DNA of 50,601 bases from a virus (lineage: Duplodnaviria > Caudoviricetes). The notes under the pieces were generated by a model. The model saw only the letters and a list, made by a program, of their open reading frames with translations. It was not told where the DNA came from and ran no database searches. Positions within the stretch are counted from its first letter, which is position 1. Every line of letters starts with the position of its first letter. Both the position numbers and the translations under genes were made by a program. The DNA lies in the IMG/VR virus record IMGVR_UViG_3300036770_004099, positions 1 through 50,601 of that record; one strand, 5' to 3'. Shown here one piece after another: positions 38,535 through 49,100 of this stretch.

Positions 38535-39178
38535 TGAGAAAAGCATTTAAAACAGTTCTTCCGGACGAACCGTATAAAACCACTACCAAAAAGAACATCA
38601 CTGTAGACTGTATCTATACAGGTAGAAGATTTTTATTGATTAGATTAAACGGTGACGGCACCATGTTTGCTCTAGAAAGACAGGCAGACACCGCAGAAGA
38701 ATTAGAACCATTCAAGATGACCAAAGAACAACTGGCTTTAGATGGTAATACTTTCCAGATAGTAATGGATGCTGAAACCCACACTTGGGAAGCAGCACAC
38801 ATTACCAATGACTACGAGCACGGTGAAATTCCAAATTATCGAGAAACATTGCCTACCGGAGAAACCTGGGAATACACCTACGACGACTTTAATGGAGCGA
38901 TCACGCAGCCATTTTATGTCAATGACATTCGTTACGATATTCCAACCAATACCTGGATACGTCCTAGATATCGCGTACATGCTATCACTAGACAAGATTT
39001 CTTGGCAGCCATGGCTCTACAGGCAAAAACATATAAAGAAGCATATAACAGCGGTAATTATCTTCCTGCAGACATGGAAAAATTCAAAACATTTTATGAA
39101 TTTTGCGAATCCGTGCCCACGAAATATGCTAACATAGATCATTGGAAAATACACTGCTTACCAGCACCACCTCTATAA
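38534..39178 (+). CDS. Hypothetical protein, possible fibre assembly chaperone (214 aa)
   Basis: Coupled to paralog C; the C-terminal helix plus VP.KY...DHWKI..P..P is reminiscent of Tfa-type chaperone ends. Confidence 0.5.
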   Translation: MRKAFKTVLPDEPYKTTTKKNITVDCIYTGRRFLLIRLNGDGTMFALERQADTAEELEPFKMTKEQLALDGNTFQIVMDAETHTWEAAHITNDYEHGEIPNYRETLPTGETWEYTYDDFNGAITQPFYVNDIRYDIPTNTWIRPRYRVHAITRQDFLAAMALQAKTYKEAYNSGNYLPADMEKFKTFYEFCESVPTKYANIDHWKIHCLPAPPL

Positions 39179-39187
39179 TTTAAAACC

Positions 39188-39244
39188 ATAAAAGGCCTTG
39201 TAAGTATATCCGAGAGGATATATAATCTGTACAAGGCCTTTTAT
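39188..39244 (+). promoter_or_regulatory. Inverted repeat (terminator-like) containing a sigma70-type promoter TTGTAA-N17-TATAAT
   Basis: 15-bp arms 39188-39202/39230-39244; inner hairpin TATATCC-GAGA-GGATATA; -35 at 39198-39203 and -10 at 39221-39226. Confidence 0.7.
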
Positions 39245-39256
39245 ATTGGAGTTTAA

Positions 39257-40198
39257 ATGACTAGATCAAAAGCATTTTTCGTAAATGGCGGTGCCGGTCG
39301 GATGATCACATCCATTCCAGCATTTGAAAAATACGAGCAAGAATCCGAAGACAAGGATTTTATCATCGTCTGCGAAGGCGGTACAGACGTGTTCAAAGGA
39401 CACCCTACTCTAGATAATAGAGCATATGATATATGGCACAAGGGATTGTTCAAAGATTATCTACGAAATCGTGATATCATCACTACAGAACCTTATCGAA
39501 TTTGGGAATATTATAACCAACAGTGCTCTATCGCTCAGGCTTTTGATATACAAATCAACGACAAAGGCGTTAGACAGTTGCCAAAACCCACGTTCAGGCT
39601 GAGCAAAGATGAACTATTAAATGGGCGGCAGGTCGTTAGCCAAGTCAAACAAAAATTAAAAAAAGATAAAATAATAGTTTTGCAACCGTTCGGAAGAGGG
39701 ATCGAATATATCGATGAAACTCTAGTGGATAGAACTGCAAGGAGTTTTGAACTCAAAGACGTAAAACAGATCATACGGAAATTGCAGGAAAAAGATTTCG
39801 CTGTGATTTTGATGAGCGAATTTAAAATCGACCTAACAGACGCCAAACTCAAAGACGAAGTAGCCATGCCGGAAAACGTCAATTTCCGTATTTGGTCAGC
39901 GATTATCAAATATTCTAATCATTTCCTGGGCTGCGATAGTCTAGGTCAACATCTAGCCTATATCATGGAAACTCCCAGCACAGTAGTCACTGGGTCGACA
40001 TATCCTGTGAACGTGTCCTACCCAGACTGCGATTATTTTGACATACTCGACATGGGAGAGGTAAGTAGAGAGTATAGTCCGATCCGTATTCTACCCGACG
40101 AGCGTGTAGACAGATTGAACGAAAACATAATGACAATGAATGATGATATTACTACACTTATAGTAGATCACGTATTAGGAAAAAAAGATGACAGTTAA
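39257..40198 (+). CDS. GT-B glycosyltransferase, GT9/heptosyltransferase-like (313 aa)
   Basis: GGAGRMITSIPA N-terminal loop; IVLQPFGRG; FLGCDSLGQHLAY....PSTVVTGST, compared with the GT9 pattern F.G.DSG..HLAAA...P...LFG.T. Confidence 0.65.
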   Translation: MTRSKAFFVNGGAGRMITSIPAFEKYEQESEDKDFIIVCEGGTDVFKGHPTLDNRAYDIWHKGLFKDYLRNRDIITTEPYRIWEYYNQQCSIAQAFDIQINDKGVRQLPKPTFRLSKDELLNGRQVVSQVKQKLKKDKIIVLQPFGRGIEYIDETLVDRTARSFELKDVKQIIRKLQEKDFAVILMSEFKIDLTDAKLKDEVAMPENVNFRIWSAIIKYSNHFLGCDSLGQHLAYIMETPSTVVTGSTYPVNVSYPDCDYFDILDMGEVSREYSPIRILPDERVDRLNENIMTMNDDITTLIVDHVLGKKDDS

Positions 40199-42020
40199 AA
40201 CCATTGAACTTAAAAAAGAAAAGAAACCTGTTTGGATCGCGGGTATCGCTAGGGGGCATAACAGCGGTATCTGCCTACTCAAGGACGGAGAAATAGTATT
40301 TGCGATCGAAGAAGAAAGATTTACTCGTCAAAAATATGACGGCGGCCCGTTCGCGTCGATGGTCAAAATCTTAGAGTATACTGATAAATTAGATTATCTA
40401 ATAATCGCGCATACCCAGAATCTTTATGAAACAGCAGGAAAGATAGATTATACCGGCGACGATGTCTACACTGGACTGGCTAGGAAGTTGAATCTAATCG
40501 ATCGAAAGGTCAAAGATCTGCATCGCCATCCTCAGGTCATCGACCTGAGTTTTATGCATCATAAACTACATTCTGCCTGTGCTTTTTATCGCAGCGGATT
40601 TAAAGATGCCGTCAGCGTAGTAGTCGATGGCGCTGGAACATTTTATCAGATGTCTTATAATGAAATGCCTCTATGGGTATGGGAAGTCGAATCTATAATC
40701 AATTGCGATTACCCTGCAGAATTTAAAACATTATATAAACATTACGGTACCAAAGAACCGATCGCTGGCGCACATATGCCTAATTTTCCCTCAAATAATC
40801 TAGGAGAAGATGGCTCGACACACGAAGCATGGGTTACTGACAGAGCGGGAATCGTCAAAGCCTATGAAGGTGTGACAGAATACTGCGGCTTTTCGGCCAT
40901 CGAAGCAGGAAAGACCATGGGACTTTTTCCATACGGAAAACCCAATGATAAAATTCCTCCTTTGTTTGACGAAACATCAAAAATTCCGTTGACAAATAGA
41001 AATTTGTTCGTGCCTAAATACCCAATGAGCAGCATGGTCAATGGATTTTTGTTCGACGGATTAGATGAAATGCTCCAGGGTGGCGCCGATGATGTCACGT
41101 ATCTACAGAGCCGGAGAGATATGGCCTATGCTGTGCAAACACAGACCCAAGAACAGGTTTTGCGATTGATCAAAGATGCTGTAAAAAGAACAGGACGCAA
41201 AAATGTAGTGTTAAGCGGAGGCTATGGTCTAAACTGTGTGGCAAACTATTTTTATCTCACAGAATTAAACAAAGAAGGAATTAATTTTTATGTAGAGCCG
41301 ATTTCAAATGATGCAGGCACTGCTATGGGCGCTGCGTTGATGTTTTGGTATGGAATGCACAGTGATGAGACTATTCGTGTACACGATACACTGTATCTCG
41401 GACCCCAATATTCTTACACCACTGACGAAATCGAAAACAAGGTTGCTGCAATCAAGGATGCCACCGTCGTTGATGCCACACACAAAGATATCGTTAAGTT
41501 ATTGCGAGAAAAGAACATCGTGACCATCTTTCAAGGTCGCTCAGAGAACGGTCCCAGAGCACTAGGCAATCGATCTGTGCTGTTTGATCCCACGTTCCCC
41601 GACGGCAAAGACTTCGTGAATACGGTCAAACACAGAGAATACTTCCGTCCATTCGCAGGATCTATCTTAGAAGAAGATGTACACGAATGGTTCGATCTCA
41701 GAGGTATGCAAAACAGTCCTTTCATGATGTATGCGGTTAATTGCCAACCTGGTGTGGCTGAAAAAATTCCTTCGATCATCCACGAAGATGGAACCTGTCG
41801 CATACAGACAGTTAACCGAGATCAAAATCCGCACTACTATGATCTAATTAAAACTTTTAAAGAAGAAACCGGAATACCCATCGTATTCAACACTAGTTTT
41901 AATCTCGGTGGTGAACCGTTAGTTGAAACACTCGATGATGCGCTTTGGACTCTGGAAAAATCAGACATAGAATATCTATATCTGCCAGAACATGGAAAAC
42001 TGGTAAAAGTGCCAAATTGA
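40188..42020 (+). CDS. O-carbamoyltransferase, NodU/CmcH/TobZ family (610 aa)
   Basis: EEERFTRQK, HHKLHSACAF, VVDGAG, GKTMGL.PYG, LSGG..LNCVAN, DAGTA.GAA, GRSE.GPRALGNRS, KHREYFRPFA, DGTCRIQTV, NTSFNLGGEPLV. Confidence 0.93.
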   Translation: MTVKTIELKKEKKPVWIAGIARGHNSGICLLKDGEIVFAIEEERFTRQKYDGGPFASMVKILEYTDKLDYLIIAHTQNLYETAGKIDYTGDDVYTGLARKLNLIDRKVKDLHRHPQVIDLSFMHHKLHSACAFYRSGFKDAVSVVVDGAGTFYQMSYNEMPLWVWEVESIINCDYPAEFKTLYKHYGTKEPIAGAHMPNFPSNNLGEDGSTHEAWVTDRAGIVKAYEGVTEYCGFSAIEAGKTMGLFPYGKPNDKIPPLFDETSKIPLTNRNLFVPKYPMSSMVNGFLFDGLDEMLQGGADDVTYLQSRRDMAYAVQTQTQEQVLRLIKDAVKRTGRKNVVLSGGYGLNCVANYFYLTELNKEGINFYVEPISNDAGTAMGAALMFWYGMHSDETIRVHDTLYLGPQYSYTTDEIENKVAAIKDATVVDATHKDIVKLLREKNIVTIFQGRSENGPRALGNRSVLFDPTFPDGKDFVNTVKHREYFRPFAGSILEEDVHEWFDLRGMQNSPFMMYAVNCQPGVAEKIPSIIHEDGTCRIQTVNRDQNPHYYDLIKTFKEETGIPIVFNTSFNLGGEPLVETLDDALWTLEKSDIEYLYLPEHGKLVKVPN

Positions 42021-42022
42021 TT

Positions 42023-42064
42023 AAGAACCGATCTATGGTAAATACACTATAGATCGGATTTCTT
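42023..42064 (+). promoter_or_regulatory. Late promoter (TAAATA) inside the loop of a hairpin covering the translation-initiation region
   Basis: CCGATCTAT (42028-36)/ATAGATCGG (42049-57), extended by AAGAA/TTCTT up to the ATG at 42065; TAAATA at 42039-44. Confidence 0.7.
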
Positions 42065-42502
42065 ATGCTAAATTTCGCTAACTTTTTTCTACAAGGTATA
42101 AAAAATACTCTTCGTCTACAAAACGGAGTGAATTTTTCTTACAAGGGCCCGTGGATTTTATTCACTGAAAATGCTGTATTAGACGAATTTTACGTGGGTG
42201 ATTTCATGGCTGCAGAATATACCATAGTCATAGATGCCGGCAACGTACGAAAAGAAATGATCAAAGCATTGGTAGTTGCCGGTCCCGAATCTGCCACGGT
42301 CACGGTTTACGGAAGAACTAATTTAAACGAAAATCTCATCGATCTCAATGTGTCAGTGACAGCATCTAAATGTACTGTTACTATCCGAGGTGCTAATAGC
42401 CCTACAGACAGCACCTACGATAATTCCACTATCTTAACCAACGCAAAAGTGATATTCAGTTCAAACTATTATCATACCTTAAACGACCTAATTCAGTATT
42501 AA
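42065..42502 (+). CDS. Hypothetical virion protein (145 aa)
   Basis: Beta-rich; AEY.I.ID....KE.IKALV...A.VTVYGR pattern seen in phage structural modules. Confidence 0.65.
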   Translation: MLNFANFFLQGIKNTLRLQNGVNFSYKGPWILFTENAVLDEFYVGDFMAAEYTIVIDAGNVRKEMIKALVVAGPESATVTVYGRTNLNENLIDLNVSVTASKCTVTIRGANSPTDSTYDNSTILTNAKVIFSSNYYHTLNDLIQY

Positions 42503-42571
42503 CTCATACCCAGACTAAATACTATCGTAGTCTTTGTAGTAGTCGTAGTTGGAGTGATAGCGGAGATCTAA

Positions 42572-43168
42572 ATGTCAATAAATTACATACCTTTTGAGTC
42601 TAAAAGCGGCTTTCGCAGCCCAGGATTCGAAGTCGATGAATTGGGAAATATGCAGGTTAGGACCTTGGAAGTTGGCGGTCAAGGTCAAGAAAGCATATTA
42701 CGTGCCGATCAGATATTTGTAAAAAACATCCAAATAATAGAAGCAGATTTTGACGAATCTTCGTTAGTAGCATTGGGCAGCCAAATCGTAGGAAGTTCAC
42801 TCACCAGACTAGGAACTTTAGAATTTTTAAACATAGATGGCGATCTAAGGATAGCAGAAGGATCCAGTCCTTATTTCAGTGTAGTCAATGGACACGTCGA
42901 AATAGAGAGTTTTTCTGCTGTAGGTCGAATAGATAACATAGACATAGGTCTTCAAAATCCGGCACAGGGAAACTTTACTTCTGTCAACATAGGACCAGGA
43001 GATAGTTCGGGAGAATTAACAGTACAAGGCAATGCCAGTGTTACCAATGATATCTCTATCGGCGGTGATGTATCTATCAATAATGCTCCTTCGTTAAACT
43101 CTCACGCCACAAGAAAAGATTATGTAGATGCAAGAATTTCAGCGTTCGCTATTGCTTTTGGAGCATAA
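42572..43168 (+). CDS. Fibre protein (198 aa)
   Basis: V.SSLT.LGTL..L.I.G, HATRKDYVD, C-terminal AFAIAFGA; TAAATA at 42516-21 upstream. Confidence 0.7.
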   Translation: MSINYIPFESKSGFRSPGFEVDELGNMQVRTLEVGGQGQESILRADQIFVKNIQIIEADFDESSLVALGSQIVGSSLTRLGTLEFLNIDGDLRIAEGSSPYFSVVNGHVEIESFSAVGRIDNIDIGLQNPAQGNFTSVNIGPGDSSGELTVQGNASVTNDISIGGDVSINNAPSLNSHATRKDYVDARISAFAIAFGA

Positions 43169-43179
43169 GGAAAAATTAA

Positions 43180-46100
43180 ATGGCTAAGAAACAGTTAAAG
43201 AATTATATATTTGAACCAGGTATCAGCAAAGACGATAACCTGTATCCTCGAGCAGTGGCGCTTTTATCTGCTAACAAGACTTTTTTGCAACAGCAGGTCG
43301 TGGCATATATCAATTATCAGATAGCCAACAACATCGGAGTTTATAACGGATATACTTATGCATCGGGCAAATGTACCAGAGACGTGGGATTTTTCATAGA
43401 TGCTATTCTGCATGATCTGCGGTATGGCGGAAATGTAAAATGTAGACAAGTCGCAGATTATTTTTGGATCGACGGAGAACCACAGATCAGAGGCGATGTA
43501 GCACCGGAAGTTACTGCACAGCAATACCTAAGAGATACGATCAACAATTTTATTTTTACAAATACTGCGGTTACTCCTAATTATGGAAATACCACCCCCC
43601 AGGCCTTTATCATAGGGCAGAATGCAGAAACCGGATCTTCTTCTAGAAATACAGTTCTGTGGAACATATTCAGCGACGTCATCACTAACGGAATACCTGC
43701 GATGCCTGCCAAGGTGTCGGGGGTATCTTCTATTAGATTAGTCGGACAATACGACCAAAGTTCATTTTTACTGATCACCGATACCAGTACAGGACAGATT
43801 TTATATAATTTTGCCGATAGCAATAACAGTATATCGATATCTTACAAGATGGGGCGCAGCAGCAGTGACGGAAATCTATTAAGTGACGTTGATTTTAGAT
43901 CATGGTCGCAGACCAGCGATGCGATAACAACGATAAATCTCAGCACAGATACCAGCGCTCTATCATCCGGCACTGAAATACAGATTTTCGTTGAAGAACC
44001 TCAACAAACCATACGCCCTTGGGAATTCGGCACTGATGCTATCGAACGTATGCGTGTGGCAGCACCGCAGGCCATGCTTGACGCAGACTTCGAATATGGA
44101 TTACAGCCTACCAAGTGGCAGGCCCTGGGATTGATGAGAATGTATCCTTCGGTATACGAAATTCCAGGCACTGATCTAAGTGTATCAGCAGTCGTGACAG
44201 ATGCTTCGGTAAATACCGGCGGTTTTGGCTCATCGTTCATAACTGTGACTACCACCGGTCTTCATGGATTCGTCGTAGGACAACCTATCACAGTCAAAGG
44301 TCTTGATGCCGGTGTCAGTGGTTTTGCAAGAGCAGAAGGTTCGTTTTTGGTCTATAGCATTCCCAGCGCGGTACAATTTACATATTACGCCAGCGCCAAG
44401 GTAGGCACCACGACAGGACAAAGCCTTTTTACCAGTTTTGTGCAGATAAGACAGGCCGGATTTTTCACAGGTGCAGCCATTGGTCAACCAACGTTCTCTG
44501 TTTTCAACAACGGGTCATCTAATTCTATAGCTACAAAATTTGACACTGCTTCGGGCAGTTTCGCTATAGCCTTTGACGGATCTGCACCAACGACTGGATC
44601 ACCGATCAGCGGATCGCCTAACATAGTACCGGGAACTTCTGTATCTGGAGTCGTAGGGACTGGAACAGTAGTAGCCAATGTTAAAGAAACCATCAGCGAT
44701 ACGAATTCTACCACAGTAGTTTTGACCGATCTAACAGGTGTGCAACAGCAGATGGCCATCGATGCTGCAGGCACTGCTGCTTTTATCAATTCTATATCGG
44801 GAGATCAGATCACTATATCCGAACCAATCGGTGCCACATATCTAGGCGCCAACAGTGAAAATTTAACAGTCAGCGGATCAAACGTAACATCCATTGGTTC
44901 GGGAGCCACGTTTAATGTATCTCGCAGCGCAGGATTTTATACAGTGACCGATGCTGGAGACAGTTCTTCTAATGGCATTAACTATGCTGTAGGCGACAAT
45001 CTCTTGATCGCAGGCACAGATCTCGGAGGTGCTAGCCCTGCCAACGATATTATTATCAGCGTGACAGATATCGATTCTGGCGGTGCTATAGTTACATTTA
45101 ATTTTTCAGGAACTGCCATCACAGGAGGTGATTCCTATAATCCAGTCGCGCAGTCTAGCACCACTGGAATCGGTATCAACGCAGCATTGAATGTACAGCG
45201 AGAAGGCGGAACCGGACAATACACTATTAGTCTGGCAGCAGGGGGATCAGGATATGCTCCTGGTGATACTATCACCTTTGACGGTACTAGTCTAGGCGGG
45301 GTAAGTCCAGATAACGATATCGTCATCCAAGTCGATGGAGTAGGATTTCCCGATGCTAATGTGGTAGATTGGACCCTCATCGGTACCCCGATAGGAGCCA
45401 CAGGAGATGATTCATACACATCTTTACCGGGTGCTAACATAGCAGCCGCAGGCGTAGGAGCAGAATTTGATGTTACCAGGGAAAATGGTTCTTATTCTGC
45501 TGTTGTCGCTCTGGCCGGTGACGGCGGTTCAGGATACGTGGTAGGTAACAGGATAAGAATTTTAGGAACCAGTTTAGATGGTACGACCCCGGCCAACGAT
45601 TGTATACTGAGAGTAACTGGTGAGTCCAGCGGAGTCATACAGACTGTGATCGCAGAAGGAACACCGTATGCTGGCGATCCTATCAGCATTTATCCCACAC
45701 TATCGATCAGTGAAGCCACTACCGATTTAATTGCCGACGGAACTGTACTTAATACCGGTGCTATCGCTACCATCCAGGTAGATTTTCAGTCTGAACACGG
45801 TTTGATTCCAGGTACTACGATTCTCAGCCAGATAAATTCTCAGCCCGCGCCAGATTTTGATTCTGTGGCGCAGACATTATCAGCATCTGGAACATGGACC
45901 GGAGTGGCCGGACTTAACGGACAATATGTTGCTGTGCTGCAAGGATCGACATCATCTGCTCGAAGCACAGATGGACAGACATGGAGCAGTGGCGGATCTA
46001 TGCCTTTTGGATCTAACTGGAAATCTGTGGCGGCAGGAACCATAGGCGATACGAACTACTGGGTTGCCGTAGCCACAGGAACAAATAATGCCGCCTATTC

Positions 46101-49100
46101 CATAGACGGAGGTCAGAACTGGACCGCGGCTACCATGCCGACCAGTGCCACCTGGAATTCTGTGACATTCGGCGATGGGCGATTCGTAGCAGTAGCGGCT
46201 GGTGGCACTAATGCTGCCTATTCTATAGACGGTGGCGCCACATGGGCTGCAGCCACGTTATCGGGATCTGCTACATGGACCAGCGTGACTTCTGGACTAG
46301 TAGGAACTTCTGTGTATTTTGTCGCAGTGGCCAGCGGAGGAACACTATCCAATTATTCTGCTGATGGCGGTGCGACTTGGGTGGCCACCGGTGCACTTCC
46401 TGCTTCGACAACATGGAGCGCGGTAGCCTACGGCAACAACAGATTTTTCGCTGTCGCTACCGGCAACACCAATGCTGCTGTTTCCACGAACGGAACCACA
46501 TGGACTGCTGTAGCCCTGCCTAGCAGCGCTAACTGGAGCAGCATAGCCTACGGAGATGACGTTTTCGTAGTAGTAGCATCCGGTGGAACATCGGCGCTGA
46601 CTACTTTCACTGCGTTGACCGGTTCATTTACTGCTAGAACTTTGATCAGCACATCGAACTGGAGTTCTATAGCGTATACTACCTATACAGGATTTGGTAG
46701 ATTCGCGGTAGTAGGTAATACCAATGCTGCATTGACTATAGATTTAACTTCAGCCAACCATCAGTTAGGCACAGGACCACACGTAGTTACTGAAGTACCT
46801 TCGAGATCTACGATTAGGTTCCCTGCTAGGACCACCGGCGCTATTAACACCTCGGCAGCATCGCTGACCGGGGTGGTTTATGCCAGACCAGATACATTCT
46901 TTACACATAGACCGTTTGACGGCGGAGTTCAATTAGGAACAGGTAATCCCAGCCACGGAGCGCAGGCCATACGTCAGAGTAAAAAGTATATACGATATCA
47001 ATCGGGTAAAGGTATAATGTACACCACCGGCGGACTATTTGCGCCGAGCTACAATCTAGCCAGCGCTACCGCGGTAGACACGGTCATTAACAGTTTTATC
47101 ACATTTCAAACCGATGATACAGATCATGGGTTACAGCCCGGAGCCGTGGTAGAGATCATAGGTATGGTCAGCTTTGAATACAATGGTGAATATGTTGTAG
47201 AAAGCATTGTAGATGCACGTAGATTCCGTGTCAGAGCACAGGCTACTTTGAGCAGCACCAACGGACAATTAGGAACAGAAACCAAAGTATTATTAAAACG
47301 CTGGCACGGTTCGACTGTTCGAATCGGAGCCTTTGATGAACAGAACGGTATATTCTATCAGTACGACGGACAAGAAATGGCGGTGGTGCGTAGATCTAGT
47401 ACCAATCAGTTGACTGGTACAGTTGCTATGAACACAGAAAGCAACATAGTAACAGGAACCGGAACTAGATTCGCAGAACAATTAAAGGCAGGAGATAAGA
47501 TCGTGATCAGAGGCATGAGCCATCTTGTCACGAGAATATTCAGCAATACATCAATGACTGTGACGCCCGACTGGAGAGGTGCTAATAACATCACAGGTGC
47601 TAGGATCTGTATCACTGAAGAACTATATATTCCTCAGAGAGATTGGAACACTGATAGATTAGATGGAACTGGTCCTAGCGGATACGATCTAGTACCATGG
47701 CGCATGCAGATGTTGGGTATACAATACTCTTGGTATGCTGCTGGATTCATCGAATTTATGCTGAGGGGAGCAGACGGCCGATTCGTGTTTCTACACAGAA
47801 TACGCAATTCAAACGTGAACACAGAAGCATATATGAGAACCGCTAATCTTCCTGTTCGTTATGAAGTTGAAAATAGATCAGGTGTGGATAAACTAGCAGC
47901 AGGTATAACTGATTCGTCTACTACATTAAGATTAACTGATGCCAGTAGATTCCCTACAAGTGGTACTGTATACATCGACAACGAATTGATAACTTACTCT
48001 GGAAAATCCGGCAATACCCTGCAGGGCTTAACTAGATCAGCATCGTTCCTAGCGTTTACTGCGGGACAAAACAGAACATTCACTGCAGGAGCAGCCGCAG
48101 CACATGCCGAGGGAGCAGGAGTGCAGTTGATAAGTTGCACGACCAGTCCAACTATCAGCCACTGGGGCTCGGCGCTGTTGACCGATGGACTCTTCGATGA
48201 AGATCGAGGGTACATCTTTAACTATGCTGCCACAGGAATTAGCATCACTACGGCCAAACAGACAGCCTTTATGATACGACTAGCGCCCAGTGTGTCTAAT
48301 GCTATCGTTGGGGATCTCGGCGAAAGAGATCTGTTAAACAGAGCGCAATTGCTGTTAAATGAAGTCGCGGTTACTGGAGATACAGGAACGGGATCTATCG
48401 TGGTCGAAGGAATTTTAAATCCAAGAAATTATCCTGCGAATCCTACCAGCATAACCTGGGCCGGATTGGCTAGTTCAGCCGCAGGTGGCCAGCCAAGTTT
48501 CGCCCAGATAGCATTGGGCGGATCGATAAACTGGGGTGGAGTTCCTAGCACAACTACCACAGCCACGATCCAAGGAGCCCTAACTACCACTATCTCTGCT
48601 AGAGGATTTAGTTCGGTCACCCAGAATTTGACTGCTATTGCTAACACAGGATTTAGAACACGGGCATTCCAAAATACTCAAAACGATTTCTATATCACTA
48701 ATTCAGCATTCGATGCTATCACTTCGACACCGTTGAGGGTGGGTGATAGGATATTTGCTTCTTCTATCGTGTTCAGCGGTCAAACCATTTCTTCTATAAC
48801 CAGGAATTACCTAAACAGTGGTTTTACTAGAATCGTCATGAGCGCCAATGCGAATCAGAACAGCAGTAATTTTAGTAACATCACAGTCACAATTACCAGC
48901 AGTATCACGACCGGGTATGCTAATGCTTTTGCTAACGGACGTACAGATTTCTTAGTCACTGACAGTGATCTTACTAGTTCAAACATCAGTACCGGTGATG
49001 TCTTAAATGTAGCGTCTTTTGTAATCAGTGGGCAGACTGTGCAATCGATCACTCCAACGTATGCTCGAGTCAGCGGAACAAATTTTGCTAGAATAGTAAT

